A stretch of 64,000 nt of DNA from an uncultured Ruminococcus sp. GTDB lineage: Bacteria > Bacillota > Clostridia > Oscillospirales > CAG-272. Position numbers and translations under genes: made by a program. The stretch spans positions 5,471-69,470 of the forward strand of contig CAZOFD010000004.1 in the NCBI GenBank assembly GCA_964579135.1, given 5' to 3'. Shown piece by piece: positions 1 through 8,587 of the stretch (positions are counted from its first letter, which is position 1; every line of letters starts with the position of its first letter). The notes beneath the pieces are model-generated. The model had not been told where the DNA came from and searched no databases. It saw only the letters and a program-made list of their open reading frames with translations.

Positions 1-1079
1 AAGAGCAAAGCGTCGAAACCGTCGAGACCGCAGTCGACGATTTAAGGCGTTGCGGACGACGCGCCGATTTTTTGCAAAACTGCGTCAGCCCCCTTATTCG
101 TCTGCTTTCGCGCGTTTCGCAAGCGGCGATAATGCTGTCGGCGTGTGCGCAGATGCTGAGCGGCAAGATGACTGTCGGCGTCGTGCAGGCGTTCTTTCAG
201 TACGTAAACGTAGCCGCCGAGCCGCTGACGGAAACGTCGTATATGATAAATTCGTTGCAATCGGCTTTGGCTTCGGCGGAGCGTACGTTTGATTTTATCG
301 ATGCCGAGGAGGAGTCGCCCGACCCGCAAAACGCCGTTTGTCCGAGCAATATAACGGGTGAGATAACCTTTAATAATGTAAAATTCGGATATAAACCCGA
401 TAAGATTTTGATGAAAAACGTTAATTTTTGCGCAAAACCCGGGCAAAAAGTCGCGATAGTCGGTTCCACCGGTGCCGGCAAAACCACGCTTATCAATCTT
501 TTGATGCGTTTTTACGACGTGAACGGCGGCAGTATAACGATAGACGGCATATCGACCTCCGCGATGACGCGCAAAGACGTTCGCGCGAATTTCGGCATAG
601 TGCTGCAAGATACGTGGCTTTTCGGCGGTACGGTTGCCGAAAATATAGCCTACGGTCGTCCCGAGGCTACGATGGACGAGATAAGGGCGGCGGCAAAAGC
701 GGCGAAAGCGGATTATTTTATCCGAACTTTGCCAAAGGGGTATGATACCGTGCTCGACAACGATGCCGGCAATCTTTCGGCAGGGCAACGCCAGCTCATT
801 ACCATCGCGCGCGTTTTCCTTTGTGACCCGACCGTGATAGTTTTGGACGAGGCGACCTCGAGCGTGGATACTCGCACGGAAATGGAGATAGGCAAGGCTA
901 TGAAGAAGCTGATGCGCGGCAGAACGAGTTTCGTTATCGCGCACCGCCTTTCCACCATCCGCGACGCGGATACGATCTTGTTTATGGAAAACGGCGATAT
1001 CACGGAATCGGGCAGCTATAGGGAATTGCTCGAGAAAAAGGGCGCGTACGCCGCGCTTTATTACAGTCAGTTCGCATAA
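1..1079 (+). CDS. ABC exporter, fused permease/ATP-binding protein (MsbA/MdlB-like), C-terminal part; 5' end cut by window edge
   Basis: Frame stays open from nt 3 to the stop at 1077-1079. Walker A GSTGAGKTT, signature LSAGQRQ, Walker B VLDEATS, H-loop AHRLST. Confidence 0.9.
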   Translation, partial: EQSVETVETAVDDLRRCGRRADFLQNCVSPLIRLLSRVSQAAIMLSACAQMLSGKMTVGVVQAFFQYVNVAAEPLTETSYMINSLQSALASAERTFDFIDAEEESPDPQNAVCPSNITGEITFNNVKFGYKPDKILMKNVNFCAKPGQKVAIVGSTGAGKTTLINLLMRFYDVNGGSITIDGISTSAMTRKDVRANFGIVLQDTWLFGGTVAENIAYGRPEATMDEIRAAAKAAKADYFIRTLPKGYDTVLDNDAGNLSAGQRQLITIARVFLCDPTVIVLDEATSSVDTRTEMEIGKAMKKLMRGRTSFVIAHRLSTIRDADTILFMENGDITESGSYRELLEKKGAYAALYYSQFA

Positions 1080-1083
1080 AAAC

Positions 1084-1120
1084 AACCGCGGTGCAACGTA
1101 CGTTGCGCCGCGGTTTCGCT
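1084..1120 (+). terminator. Hairpin terminator after the ABC exporter gene
   Basis: aaccgcggtgcaacg-ta-cgttgcgccgcggtt forms a 15-bp stem with one G.T pair, 5 nt after the stop. The downstream T-tract is poor (ttcgcttg). Confidence 0.5.
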
Positions 1121-1230
1121 TGTCGCCGTATCTTAGTGTGCGCGGCGCTGATTGCTTGCGTGGTATGGCAAGGGCGCAGCGCGGACACGAAAGCCACGCG
1201 GCGAAACGTTTTGCCGAAAACGAGGCTTCG

Positions 1231-1274
1231 AAAAAGAAAAAATCGAGCATTCATAGGTCAAATCCCTTATGAAT
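1231..1274 (-). terminator. Weak AU-rich hairpin plus T-run downstream of tRNA-Leu
   Basis: On the minus strand: ATTCATA-12 nt loop-TATGAAT followed by gctcgattttttcttttt. Confidence 0.35.
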
Positions 1275-1282
1275 ACTCGATA

Positions 1283-1365
1283 TGGTACAGGTGACAGGAC
1301 TTGAACCTGCACTCGTCAGAATTGGATCCTAAATCCAACGCGTCTGCCAATTCCGCCACACCTGC
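1283..1365 (-). tRNA. tRNA-Leu, anticodon UAG, class II with long variable arm, CCA encoded
   Basis: Reverse complement reads GCAGGTG TG GCG GAATTGGCAGA CGC G TTGGA TT-TAG-GA TCCAA TTCTGACGAGT GCAGG TTCAAGT CCTGT CACCTGT A CCA. Cloverleaf arms pair, with G.U pairs at the closing positions. Confidence 0.85.
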
Positions 1366-1477
1366 GAGAGAGGAGCTTCGGGCGCATAGCGCGTCGAGCG
1401 CCCTTGGCGCGCCGCCGCGGCTGCACCGCACCGCTCGGTCCGGAGCCGATCGCACGGCAACGGATGCCGTGCCTACG

Positions 1478-1507
1478 ATTATATCACAGCATTGCCGCGT
1501 CTGTCAA
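1478..1507 (-). promoter_or_regulatory. Sigma-A-type promoter upstream of tRNA-Leu
   Basis: Minus strand: TTGACA (1507-1502), 18-nt spacer, TGaTATAAT extended -10 (TATAAT 1483-1478). Confidence 0.5.
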
Positions 1508-1526
1508 GTCCCTCGCGCGAGATCGG

Positions 1527-2120
1527 CTATTTTCCCCTTTCGTCGATAAAAACGCGGTAAAACACCGAAAGGGTAAAAACGAATAGCGAGAGCGACGTGC
1601 CGTATCTCAGCAAAAGATATACGGAGACGATCCACAGCAGTATAAGCGAGCAAAGGGAGCAAAAAGACGTGGCAATATGGGCGGCGCGTACACCGAACAG
1701 CCAAGACGCGAGGCAAGCGAGCATACGCCCGCCGTCAAAACCGTCTATCGGCAGCAGATTTATAGCCGCAAGCATAACGGACACCGCGAAAAACCACTCG
1801 AAGAACGGGTAGGAGAATATACGGCGTGATGCCCAACCCGTGACTAAGTTCGTGGCGGGACCCGCGGCGCAAAGGCAAAACTCTTTGCCGAACGATATGA
1901 GCGAACTGCATATTTTTATACTTGCGCCGGTTTTGCCGATCTCGAGGGCGATGACGGGTATCTTCATCGCTTTGGCGGCGATAAGGTGCCCCGTTTCGTG
2001 AACCAACGCAGCCGTGAGCGACGCGAAAAAAACGACGGGCGGCTGAAAAACGAGCATAATGGTCAGTATCGCGAGCGGAAAAAAGCCTATTGTGAGGAAG
2101 CGTTTCGTGCGTGTTTTCAT
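1527..2120 (-). CDS. Peptidase M50 / site-2 protease family membrane metalloprotease (SpoIVFB-like, short form)
   Basis: HExxH as HETGHLIAAKA and the second S2P motif NLLPIDGFDGG. Multiple hydrophobic helices. GGAG 9 nt before the ATG. Confidence 0.8.
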   Translation of the reverse strand: MKTRTKRFLTIGFFPLAILTIMLVFQPPVVFFASLTAALVHETGHLIAAKAMKIPVIALEIGKTGASIKICSSLISFGKEFCLCAAGPATNLVTGWASRRIFSYPFFEWFFAVSVMLAAINLLPIDGFDGGRMLACLASWLFGVRAAHIATSFCSLCSLILLWIVSVYLLLRYGTSLSLFVFTLSVFYRVFIDERGK

Positions 2121-2220
2121 ACGTATAAACTCCGAGATCGGCGAAAATAAGCCGTTTTGTGCGCTTTGCGCTCTCTTTTGCGCAAAAAACGACGGGAACG
2201 CAAATTTTTTTTAAAATGTA

Positions 2221-2249
2221 TTGCAATTTATACGGTGTTCTGCTAAAAT
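2221..2249 (+). promoter_or_regulatory. Candidate promoter of the pot operon
   Basis: TTGCAA (2221-2226), 17-nt spacer, TAAAAT (2244-2249). Leaves a ~135-nt leader. Confidence 0.45.
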
Positions 2250-2390
2250 AATAGCGGAATTTGTGGTACGCAAGTGCACTCGGCTTTTTCAACCCGCCTG
2301 AACGTGTTTTTTACACGTCGGGCGGATTTACGCTTTTTTCCGACGTGCGACATAGACCTTTCCGAATTAAACTTTTGAAAGGGAACTCCA

Positions 2391-3512
2391 ATGAACAACG
2401 AAAAGCTGATCGAATTGCGCGGGGTGTCGAAATCGTTTGACGGCGAGCAGATCCTGCGATCCGTGAATCTCGATATCTACAAAGAAGAATTCGTTACTTT
2501 GCTCGGACCCTCGGGCTGCGGCAAAACTACCACACTGCGTATGATAGGAGGATTCGTAAAGCCCGACGAGGGCGAGGTGATATTTGACGGCGAGGTGATA
2601 AACGACGTGCCGCCGCACCGCCGCCACGTGAACACCGTTTTTCAGCGTTACGCGCTCTTTCCTCACCTGAACGTTTTCGAAAACGTGGCTTTCGGTCTGA
2701 GACTCCAAAAGGTTGACGAAAAAGAGATACGCGTAAGGGTAAAAGAGATGCTCGAGATGGTAAATCTCAAGGGCTTCGAGCGCAGGAGCGTTAACAATCT
2801 CTCCGGCGGGCAGCAGCAAAGGGTTGCTATTGCAAGGGCGCTTATAAACCGCCCGAAAGTTCTTTTGCTCGACGAGCCGCTCGGAGCTCTCGACCTCAAG
2901 CTCCGCAAAGATATGCAGGTCGAGCTTAAACATATGCAAAGGGCTACCGGCATAACGTTTGTTTACGTAACTCACGACCAAGAAGAGGCGCTTTCTATGT
3001 CGGATACGGTCGTGGTTATGGCGAACGGCTGTATACAGCAGATCGGTACCCCCGAAAAGATATACAACGAGCCCGAAAACGCATTCGTTGCGGACTTTAT
3101 CGGGGAATCGAATATCGTAAACGGTACGATGATCGAGGACTATCTCGTTTCTTTTGCGGGGCAAAAGTTTGTGTGCGAGGATTGCGGATTTGCCAAAAAC
3201 GAGCCGGTTGACGTTGTCGTTCGACCGGAAGATATCGATATCGTGCCCGTTGAGGACAGTATGCTTCGCGGTAATGTAACTTCGGTCACCTTTAAGGGCG
3301 ATTATTACGAGATAATAGTCGATATAGACAACTTTAAATGGATGATAGAAACGACGGACAGGGTAAGGGTCGGAGACACCATAGGTATATCCATCGACCC
3401 CTACGAGATACAGGTTATGAAGAAATCCGAGTTTTCCGGTATGTTCGGCGACTATTCTTCGTTCAGCGATGAACTCGACCGCCTTTCCGAACTCCCGCCC
3501 GACGAAGAATGA
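2391..3512 (+). CDS. potA: Spermidine/putrescine ABC transporter ATP-binding protein
   Basis: Walker [36 protein letters not shown], and a C-terminal TOBE-like regulatory domain. First gene of a potABCD-order cluster. Confidence 0.92.
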   Translation: MNNEKLIELRGVSKSFDGEQILRSVNLDIYKEEFVTLLGPSGCGKTTTLRMIGGFVKPDEGEVIFDGEVINDVPPHRRHVNTVFQRYALFPHLNVFENVAFGLRLQKVDEKEIRVRVKEMLEMVNLKGFERRSVNNLSGGQQQRVAIARALINRPKVLLLDEPLGALDLKLRKDMQVELKHMQRATGITFVYVTHDQEEALSMSDTVVVMANGCIQQIGTPEKIYNEPENAFVADFIGESNIVNGTMIEDYLVSFAGQKFVCEDCGFAKNEPVDVVVRPEDIDIVPVEDSMLRGNVTSVTFKGDYYEIIVDIDNFKWMIETTDRVRVGDTIGISIDPYEIQVMKKSEFSGMFGDYSSFSDELDRLSELPPDEE

Positions 3513-3522
3513 GGCGAGCGCG

Positions 3523-4365
3523 ATGCAGAAAAAACAGGGATTTTGGAATGCGGTGCTTCTTTCTCCGCACGTTCTTTGGACACTGATATTTATCGTCGCT
3601 CCGCTTGCTTTCGTGGCGTATTATGCCTTTACGGATGCCGACGGCGCATTTACCATCGCCAACGTCGTCGCGCTCGGCGATCATATGGGGACTTTCGGTC
3701 TTTCCGTTTGCTTTGCCTTGATAGCGACCGTTATATGCCTTTTGATAGCGTATCCTATGGCATATTTTCTTTGCGCTATGTCCGCTCGGTCGCAAAAGGT
3801 GCTCGTTATGCTCGCGATGCTTCCGATGTGGATGAATCTTTTGATACGCACGTATTCTATGCTTGCCATATTCGACGACGCGGGTTTTCTCAACCGATTT
3901 ATTTGGACGTTTGCGCCGAATTTCGAGGGGATACATATTATCGGCACGCCCGCAGCCGTTATTTTCGGTATGGTATACAACTTTTTTCCGTATATGCTTT
4001 TGCCGCTTTATTCCGTTATGTCGCGACTTGACGGACGCTTGATAGAGGCAGCGCAGGATCTCGGTTGTACGCCCGTGCGCGTTATCACGCGCGTAGTTAT
4101 GCCGCTTACGAAGTCGGGGATAATATCGGGCATAACGATGGTTTTCGTACCGTCGATCAGCACGTTTTATATCTCGCAAAAGCTCGGCGGGGGCACTTTC
4201 GACCTTATCGGCGACGCGATAGAACGCCAATTCCAGCGTCCCGATACGTACAGCGTCGGCGCAGCCATATCTCTTGTGATGATGATCCTGATACTTATTT
4301 CCATAGCCGTTATGAACCGTTTCGGTGACGCGGACGGCGCAAAAGGGGGGGGAATGGTGCTTTGA
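3523..4365 (+). CDS. potB: Spermidine/putrescine ABC transporter permease
   Basis: Polytopic BPD-transporter permease between potA and potC. I chose ATG 3523 (GAGG 7 nt upstream, after the potA stop at 3512) over the ORF-track start at 3469. Confidence 0.85.
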   Translation: MQKKQGFWNAVLLSPHVLWTLIFIVAPLAFVAYYAFTDADGAFTIANVVALGDHMGTFGLSVCFALIATVICLLIAYPMAYFLCAMSARSQKVLVMLAMLPMWMNLLIRTYSMLAIFDDAGFLNRFIWTFAPNFEGIHIIGTPAAVIFGMVYNFFPYMLLPLYSVMSRLDGRLIEAAQDLGCTPVRVITRVVMPLTKSGIISGITMVFVPSISTFYISQKLGGGTFDLIGDAIERQFQRPDTYSVGAAISLVMMILILISIAVMNRFGDADGAKGGGMVL

Positions 4366-5189
4366 AATCCGCAGGAAAAGTTTATGTTGCTATCTGTTTT
4401 TTGATACTTTATCTGCCGATATTCGTGCTTATGTTCTTCTCCTTTAACAGTTCCGCGAGCACCGCGACGTTCGAGGGCTTTTCGCTTCGCTGGTACAGAG
4501 AGCTGTTTCGAAGCGGCGAGGTGCTTGCGGCTCTGCGAAACACGCTGATATTGGCGCTTTCTTCCGCTTTGATATCCACCGTGTTGGCTACCGTTACCGC
4601 AGTCGGGCTCGACAGGCTTCGTTCGCGTCGGGTGCGCGGGCTTATCACGTCCGTTACCAACGTGCCTATGATGAACCCCGATATAGTTACCGGCGTGTCT
4701 ATGATGCTGCTTTTCGTTTTTGTCGGCAATCTGCTCGGCAATACGACGGACAAACTCAATTTTTTCACCCTTCTTGCGGCGCACGTTACCTTTAATCTGC
4801 CGTACGTTCTTCTCAATATAACCCCGAAGTTCCGGCAGATGGACCGCCACCTGACCGAAGCGGCGAGGGATCTGGGGTGCGCGTCGGCTCAGGCGTTTTT
4901 CAAGGTGGAGTTGCCCGCGATCTTCCCGGGGATCGTCGCCGGTTTTATTATGGCGTTTACTCTTTCGCTCGACGATTTCGTTATAAGCTACTTTACGAGC
5001 GGCAGCGATTTTCAGACTTTGCCGATACTGATCTATTCGATGACCAAAAAAGAGGTAAAACCCTACATTTACGCGCTTTCGACCCTTATGATCATTTCCA
5101 TTTTGGTGTTGCTTATCCTTTCGAACGTCAGCGGCGGCAAAAAAAGCGGTGCGAGCCGTGATAAAAAGCTAAAGGAGGCGGCAAAGTGA
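4362..5189 (+). CDS. potC: Spermidine/putrescine ABC transporter permease
   Basis: Polytopic permease. TTG start overlaps the potB stop, with a G-rich SD 8 nt upstream. Confidence 0.85.
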   Translation: MKSAGKVYVAICFLILYLPIFVLMFFSFNSSASTATFEGFSLRWYRELFRSGEVLAALRNTLILALSSALISTVLATVTAVGLDRLRSRRVRGLITSVTNVPMMNPDIVTGVSMMLLFVFVGNLLGNTTDKLNFFTLLAAHVTFNLPYVLLNITPKFRQMDRHLTEAARDLGCASAQAFFKVELPAIFPGIVAGFIMAFTLSLDDFVISYFTSGSDFQTLPILIYSMTKKEVKPYIYALSTLMIISILVLLILSNVSGGKKSGASRDKKLKEAAK

Positions 5190-6472
5190 AAATCAGTCGT
5201 TCCCGTAACTTAAAACGCGCTTTGTCGCTCGCGTTGCTTGCTTTGATTGCGCTCTCGACGATATCCTTGCTTTCTTCCTGCTCGGGCGAGGAGACCGAGG
5301 TGCTTAACGTTTACAATTGGGGCGAATATATCTCCGACGGGTCGGAGGGTACCTTCGATACGAACGCCGAGTTTGAGGCGTGGTATTATAAAACGTACGG
5401 AAAAAAGGTCAAGGTAAACTATTCCGTATTCGCTTCGAACGAGGATATGTATGCCAAGCTCAAAAGCGGAGCTGTCAGCTACGACGTCGTTATTCCGTCG
5501 GATTATATGATCGAGCAGATGATAGCGGAGGATATGCTCGTCAAGCTCGATTTTTCCAACATCCCGAATTTCGAATATATAGCGGAGAAGTACGTAAATC
5601 CCGGTTACGATCCGACGAACGAATATTCCGTGCCGTATACGGCGGGAATGGTCGGCATTATATACAACACGAAATACGTTTCGGGCACGCCCACGAGTTG
5701 GGATCTGCTTTGGGACGAGGCTTATGCGGGCAAGATACTCACGTTTAACAACCCTCGCGACGCTTTCGGTACGGCAATGTACAGAAAGGGCATAGACGTC
5801 AATACGTCGAGCGAGAGCGATTGGCGCGAGGCTTTCGAGCAACTGCAAAAGCAAAAGCCGCTTATCCAAAGCTACGTTATGGACGAGATCTTTAACAAGA
5901 TGAAAAACGGCTCGGCTGCTATCGCGCCGTATTACGCCGGCGACTTTTTTACGATGTATGCCGACAACGAAGATCTTGCCTTTTATTATCCCGAGGAGGG
6001 GACGAATATCTTCGTGGATGCGATGTGCGTGCCCAAAGGGAGCGAAAACAAGGAGCTTGCGGAGATATATATAAACTATATGCTCTCCGAGGAGGCGGCG
6101 GTAGCCAACGCCGAATATATCTGCTACGCTTCGCCGAACAAGCTCGTTATCGAAAACGAGGCTTATCGCGAGGCGATGAACGAGCTTCACCCCGATGCGT
6201 ACGATATTCTTTACGGTCACGCGGATACGGTAAAAACGAGTTATTATTCCAACCTGAGCAATGAAACCCGTGCCGTTATGAACTCGCTTTGGGAGGATCT
6301 CAAGATCGAGAATTCGATCGGTTGCGGAGTGTACGTCCTTTGCGGCGTTATCGTTGCCGCTATGGTATGCTACGGTATTTTCGTCGCCGTGCGCAACAAA
6401 AAAAGGGCGCGTTACGACGATATCGACGAAGCGGATATTGCGCGCTACGGCAGTAAGAGCAAAAAAATATAG
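5186..6472 (+). CDS. potD: Spermidine/putrescine-binding lipoprotein with extra C-terminal TM helix
   Basis: Signal peptide plus lipobox LLSSC. PotD-like periplasmic binding-protein body. GTGA overlap with potC, AGGAGG SD. C-terminal hydrophobic segment GCGVYVLCGVIVAAMVCYGIFVAV followed by a charged tail. Confidence 0.85.
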   Translation: MKISRSRNLKRALSLALLALIALSTISLLSSCSGEETEVLNVYNWGEYISDGSEGTFDTNAEFEAWYYKTYGKKVKVNYSVFASNEDMYAKLKSGAVSYDVVIPSDYMIEQMIAEDMLVKLDFSNIPNFEYIAEKYVNPGYDPTNEYSVPYTAGMVGIIYNTKYVSGTPTSWDLLWDEAYAGKILTFNNPRDAFGTAMYRKGIDVNTSSESDWREAFEQLQKQKPLIQSYVMDEIFNKMKNGSAAIAPYYAGDFFTMYADNEDLAFYYPEEGTNIFVDAMCVPKGSENKELAEIYINYMLSEEAAVANAEYICYASPNKLVIENEAYREAMNELHPDAYDILYGHADTVKTSYYSNLSNETRAVMNSLWEDLKIENSIGCGVYVLCGVIVAAMVCYGIFVAVRNKKRARYDDIDEADIARYGSKSKKI

Positions 6473-6482
6473 TTCGTGACGT

Positions 6483-6524
6483 AGGTCGGCGGCAGCCACA
6501 GGCTCCGCCGACCTATCGGTTTTT
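6483..6524 (+). terminator. Rho-independent terminator after potD
   Basis: aggtcggcgg-12 nt-ccgccgacct (10-bp GC stem) followed by atcggttttt. Confidence 0.65.
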
Positions 6525-6587
6525 AGCGCGTGCGCTCGGGCGTCGGGAACGGCAGCGGCGAAATTGACGATTTGCATAACATTTCTA

Positions 6588-6616
6588 TTGAAAAAAAAGC
6601 GTATGTATGATACAAT
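6588..6616 (+). promoter_or_regulatory. Candidate promoter of cdaA
   Basis: TTGAAA (6588-6593), 17-nt spacer, TGaTACAAT (TACAAT 6611-6616). Confidence 0.5.
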
Positions 6617-6644
6617 AATATAAATATATCTGCAGGAGTACGTT

Positions 6645-7556
6645 ATGCCGGAAAAACTTGTCGCGTTATACGAATACGTAAAAACTCTGGTCGGCGAATA
6701 TTTGGTGCATGCCGTTTTAAATTTGCAATTCGTCGACGTTATCGACATCCTTTTGCTTGCGGCTATAATTTTTTACGTTTATAAATTTATTCGCGAAAGG
6801 CGTGCGGCGCGCTTGGCGCGCGGTCTCGTTTTCGTCGTCGGCGTTATGATATTCAGTATGCTCCTCAATATGAGGGCGCTCAAATATATCCTCGAAAATT
6901 TTTATCAGGTCGGGATGATAGCCATCATCGTTATCTTTCAGTCCGACCTGCGCTCCGCGCTTGAAAAATTCGGCTCGACGGATATGAAAAAACTGTGGAA
7001 CATAAGCGCAAACGAGTACAAAGCCATCGTTGATATGGCGGACACCGTCAGCGAAGCGGCGGACGCTATGGCGAGGACGCACACCGGCGCTATAATCGCC
7101 GTCGAGAGGTCTACGAAACTCGGAGAGTATTTGGGGCAGGGCGTTATACTCAACGCGGAGATGTCGAGCCCGCTTTTGCGCAATATATTCGTTAACAAGG
7201 CGCCGCTTCACGACGGAGCGGTCATCGTTCGCGACTGGCGCGTTTACGCGGCGGGGTGCTATCTGCCGCTTTCGCAAGCGGATATAAACAAAGATCTCGG
7301 CACGCGCCACCGTGCCGCCATCGGTCTGTCGGAGGTCAGCGACGCGATCGTTATAGTAGTCTCCGAGGAAACGGGCACGATATCGCTTGCCGTGGGCGGC
7401 GATCTGAGGCGAAATTATAATTACAGTTCGCTCAAGCAAGCGCTTATAAAGTATCTGATACCCGCGGAATCCGCGGAAGTCGGCGGTTCGAAGTGGAAGT
7501 TCTGGAAAAAGAGAAACGCCGGCGGCGAAAAGTCTTCTCAAGGGAGGAACGAATGA
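6645..7556 (+). CDS. cdaA: Diadenylate cyclase (c-di-AMP synthase), membrane-anchored
   Basis: Three N-terminal TM helices followed by a DAC domain with DGAVIV, GTRHRAAIGLSE and VVSEETGTISLA. AGGAG SD. Confidence 0.9.
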   Translation: MPEKLVALYEYVKTLVGEYLVHAVLNLQFVDVIDILLLAAIIFYVYKFIRERRAARLARGLVFVVGVMIFSMLLNMRALKYILENFYQVGMIAIIVIFQSDLRSALEKFGSTDMKKLWNISANEYKAIVDMADTVSEAADAMARTHTGAIIAVERSTKLGEYLGQGVILNAEMSSPLLRNIFVNKAPLHDGAVIVRDWRVYAAGCYLPLSQADINKDLGTRHRAAIGLSEVSDAIVIVVSEETGTISLAVGGDLRRNYNYSSLKQALIKYLIPAESAEVGGSKWKFWKKRNAGGEKSSQGRNE

Positions 7557-8584
7557 TGTCTGACGCATTTGGACAAAAGGAAAGCGGCGAAAACGGCAGA
7601 AAAAAGACGTTTTTTCTCGCTCGTATAGTTTCGCTTGCATTGGCTTTCGTTATATGGGTGTACGTGGTCAACGTAACTACGGAAAATTACGAAAAAACTT
7701 TTGACCTTATAGATATTTCGCTGGAGGGCACCGAAAAGCTCGCCGAACGGCAAAATATGACCGTTTTCGATATGGAAGAGGGTAAGGTGCGCATAACCGT
7801 CAGCGGATTGCGAAGCGATATCAACTCGCTTACCGCCGAGGACTTTTTCGCGTATATCGACGTAAGTGAACTCACGTCGGGGGGCAAGCAGTCCTGTGAG
7901 GTCAAGGTCAACGTGCCGAATTCGGTGCAGGTGGTGGAGCGCTCGCCCGCAAACGTCGTGTGCAACGTTGACGTTATAAGCGAAAAAACGGTGCCTGTCA
8001 AAGCCGAACTCCTTTCGTACAATCTTATGAACTCCGCATACCGTTTCGGCGATCTCAAAACCGAGTTTGACAGCGTAACGTTGCGAGGACCGCAAACGGT
8101 GCTTGACAGGATCGAGGTCGCAAAAGCACCGATAGAGCTCGGCAACGTTTCCTCCGGAATGGAGAAAAAGGTAAAACTCGTACTCGAAAACGCCGCCGGC
8201 GACGCCGTAGATTCGCGCTACGTATCCTTTGACAACGAATATTGCGCCGTAAAGATCCCGGTGGAGATGCAAAAAACGGTCGCCGTCGCAGCCGATATTC
8301 GCACGAGCGGCGTCACGTCGGCGAAACTTTCGTGCGAGAATCTCGTCCTAAAGGGCGATCCGACGTATCTTGAAAAACTTGACGTCGTATACGCCGTTAT
8401 CACGTCCGAAACTCGCGAGGGCGACACAATAAGCGTTGCTTTGCCGGACGGCGTGTTTACCGCCGAGGGCGAAACCGTCGTAAAGCTGACGGTGACGGAG
8501 CTCGTGCCCGAAACGGCGGACTCGGGCGGCGACACCGCAAACGAAAGCGACGCGGCAAATAAAAAAGCATTCGGAGCGGCATAG
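7553..8584 (+). CDS. cdaR: CdaA regulator, YbbR-repeat protein
   Basis: Directly follows cdaA with an ATGA overlap and AGGAGG SD. One TM helix then repeated beta-rich YbbR-like segments. The ORF-track start 7493 is rejected in favour of 7553. Confidence 0.75.
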   Translation: MMSDAFGQKESGENGRKKTFFLARIVSLALAFVIWVYVVNVTTENYEKTFDLIDISLEGTEKLAERQNMTVFDMEEGKVRITVSGLRSDINSLTAEDFFAYIDVSELTSGGKQSCEVKVNVPNSVQVVERSPANVVCNVDVISEKTVPVKAELLSYNLMNSAYRFGDLKTEFDSVTLRGPQTVLDRIEVAKAPIELGNVSSGMEKKVKLVLENAAGDAVDSRYVSFDNEYCAVKIPVEMQKTVAVAADIRTSGVTSAKLSCENLVLKGDPTYLEKLDVVYAVITSETREGDTISVALPDGVFTAEGETVVKLTVTELVPETADSGGDTANESDAANKKAFGAA

Positions 8585-8587
8585 ACA

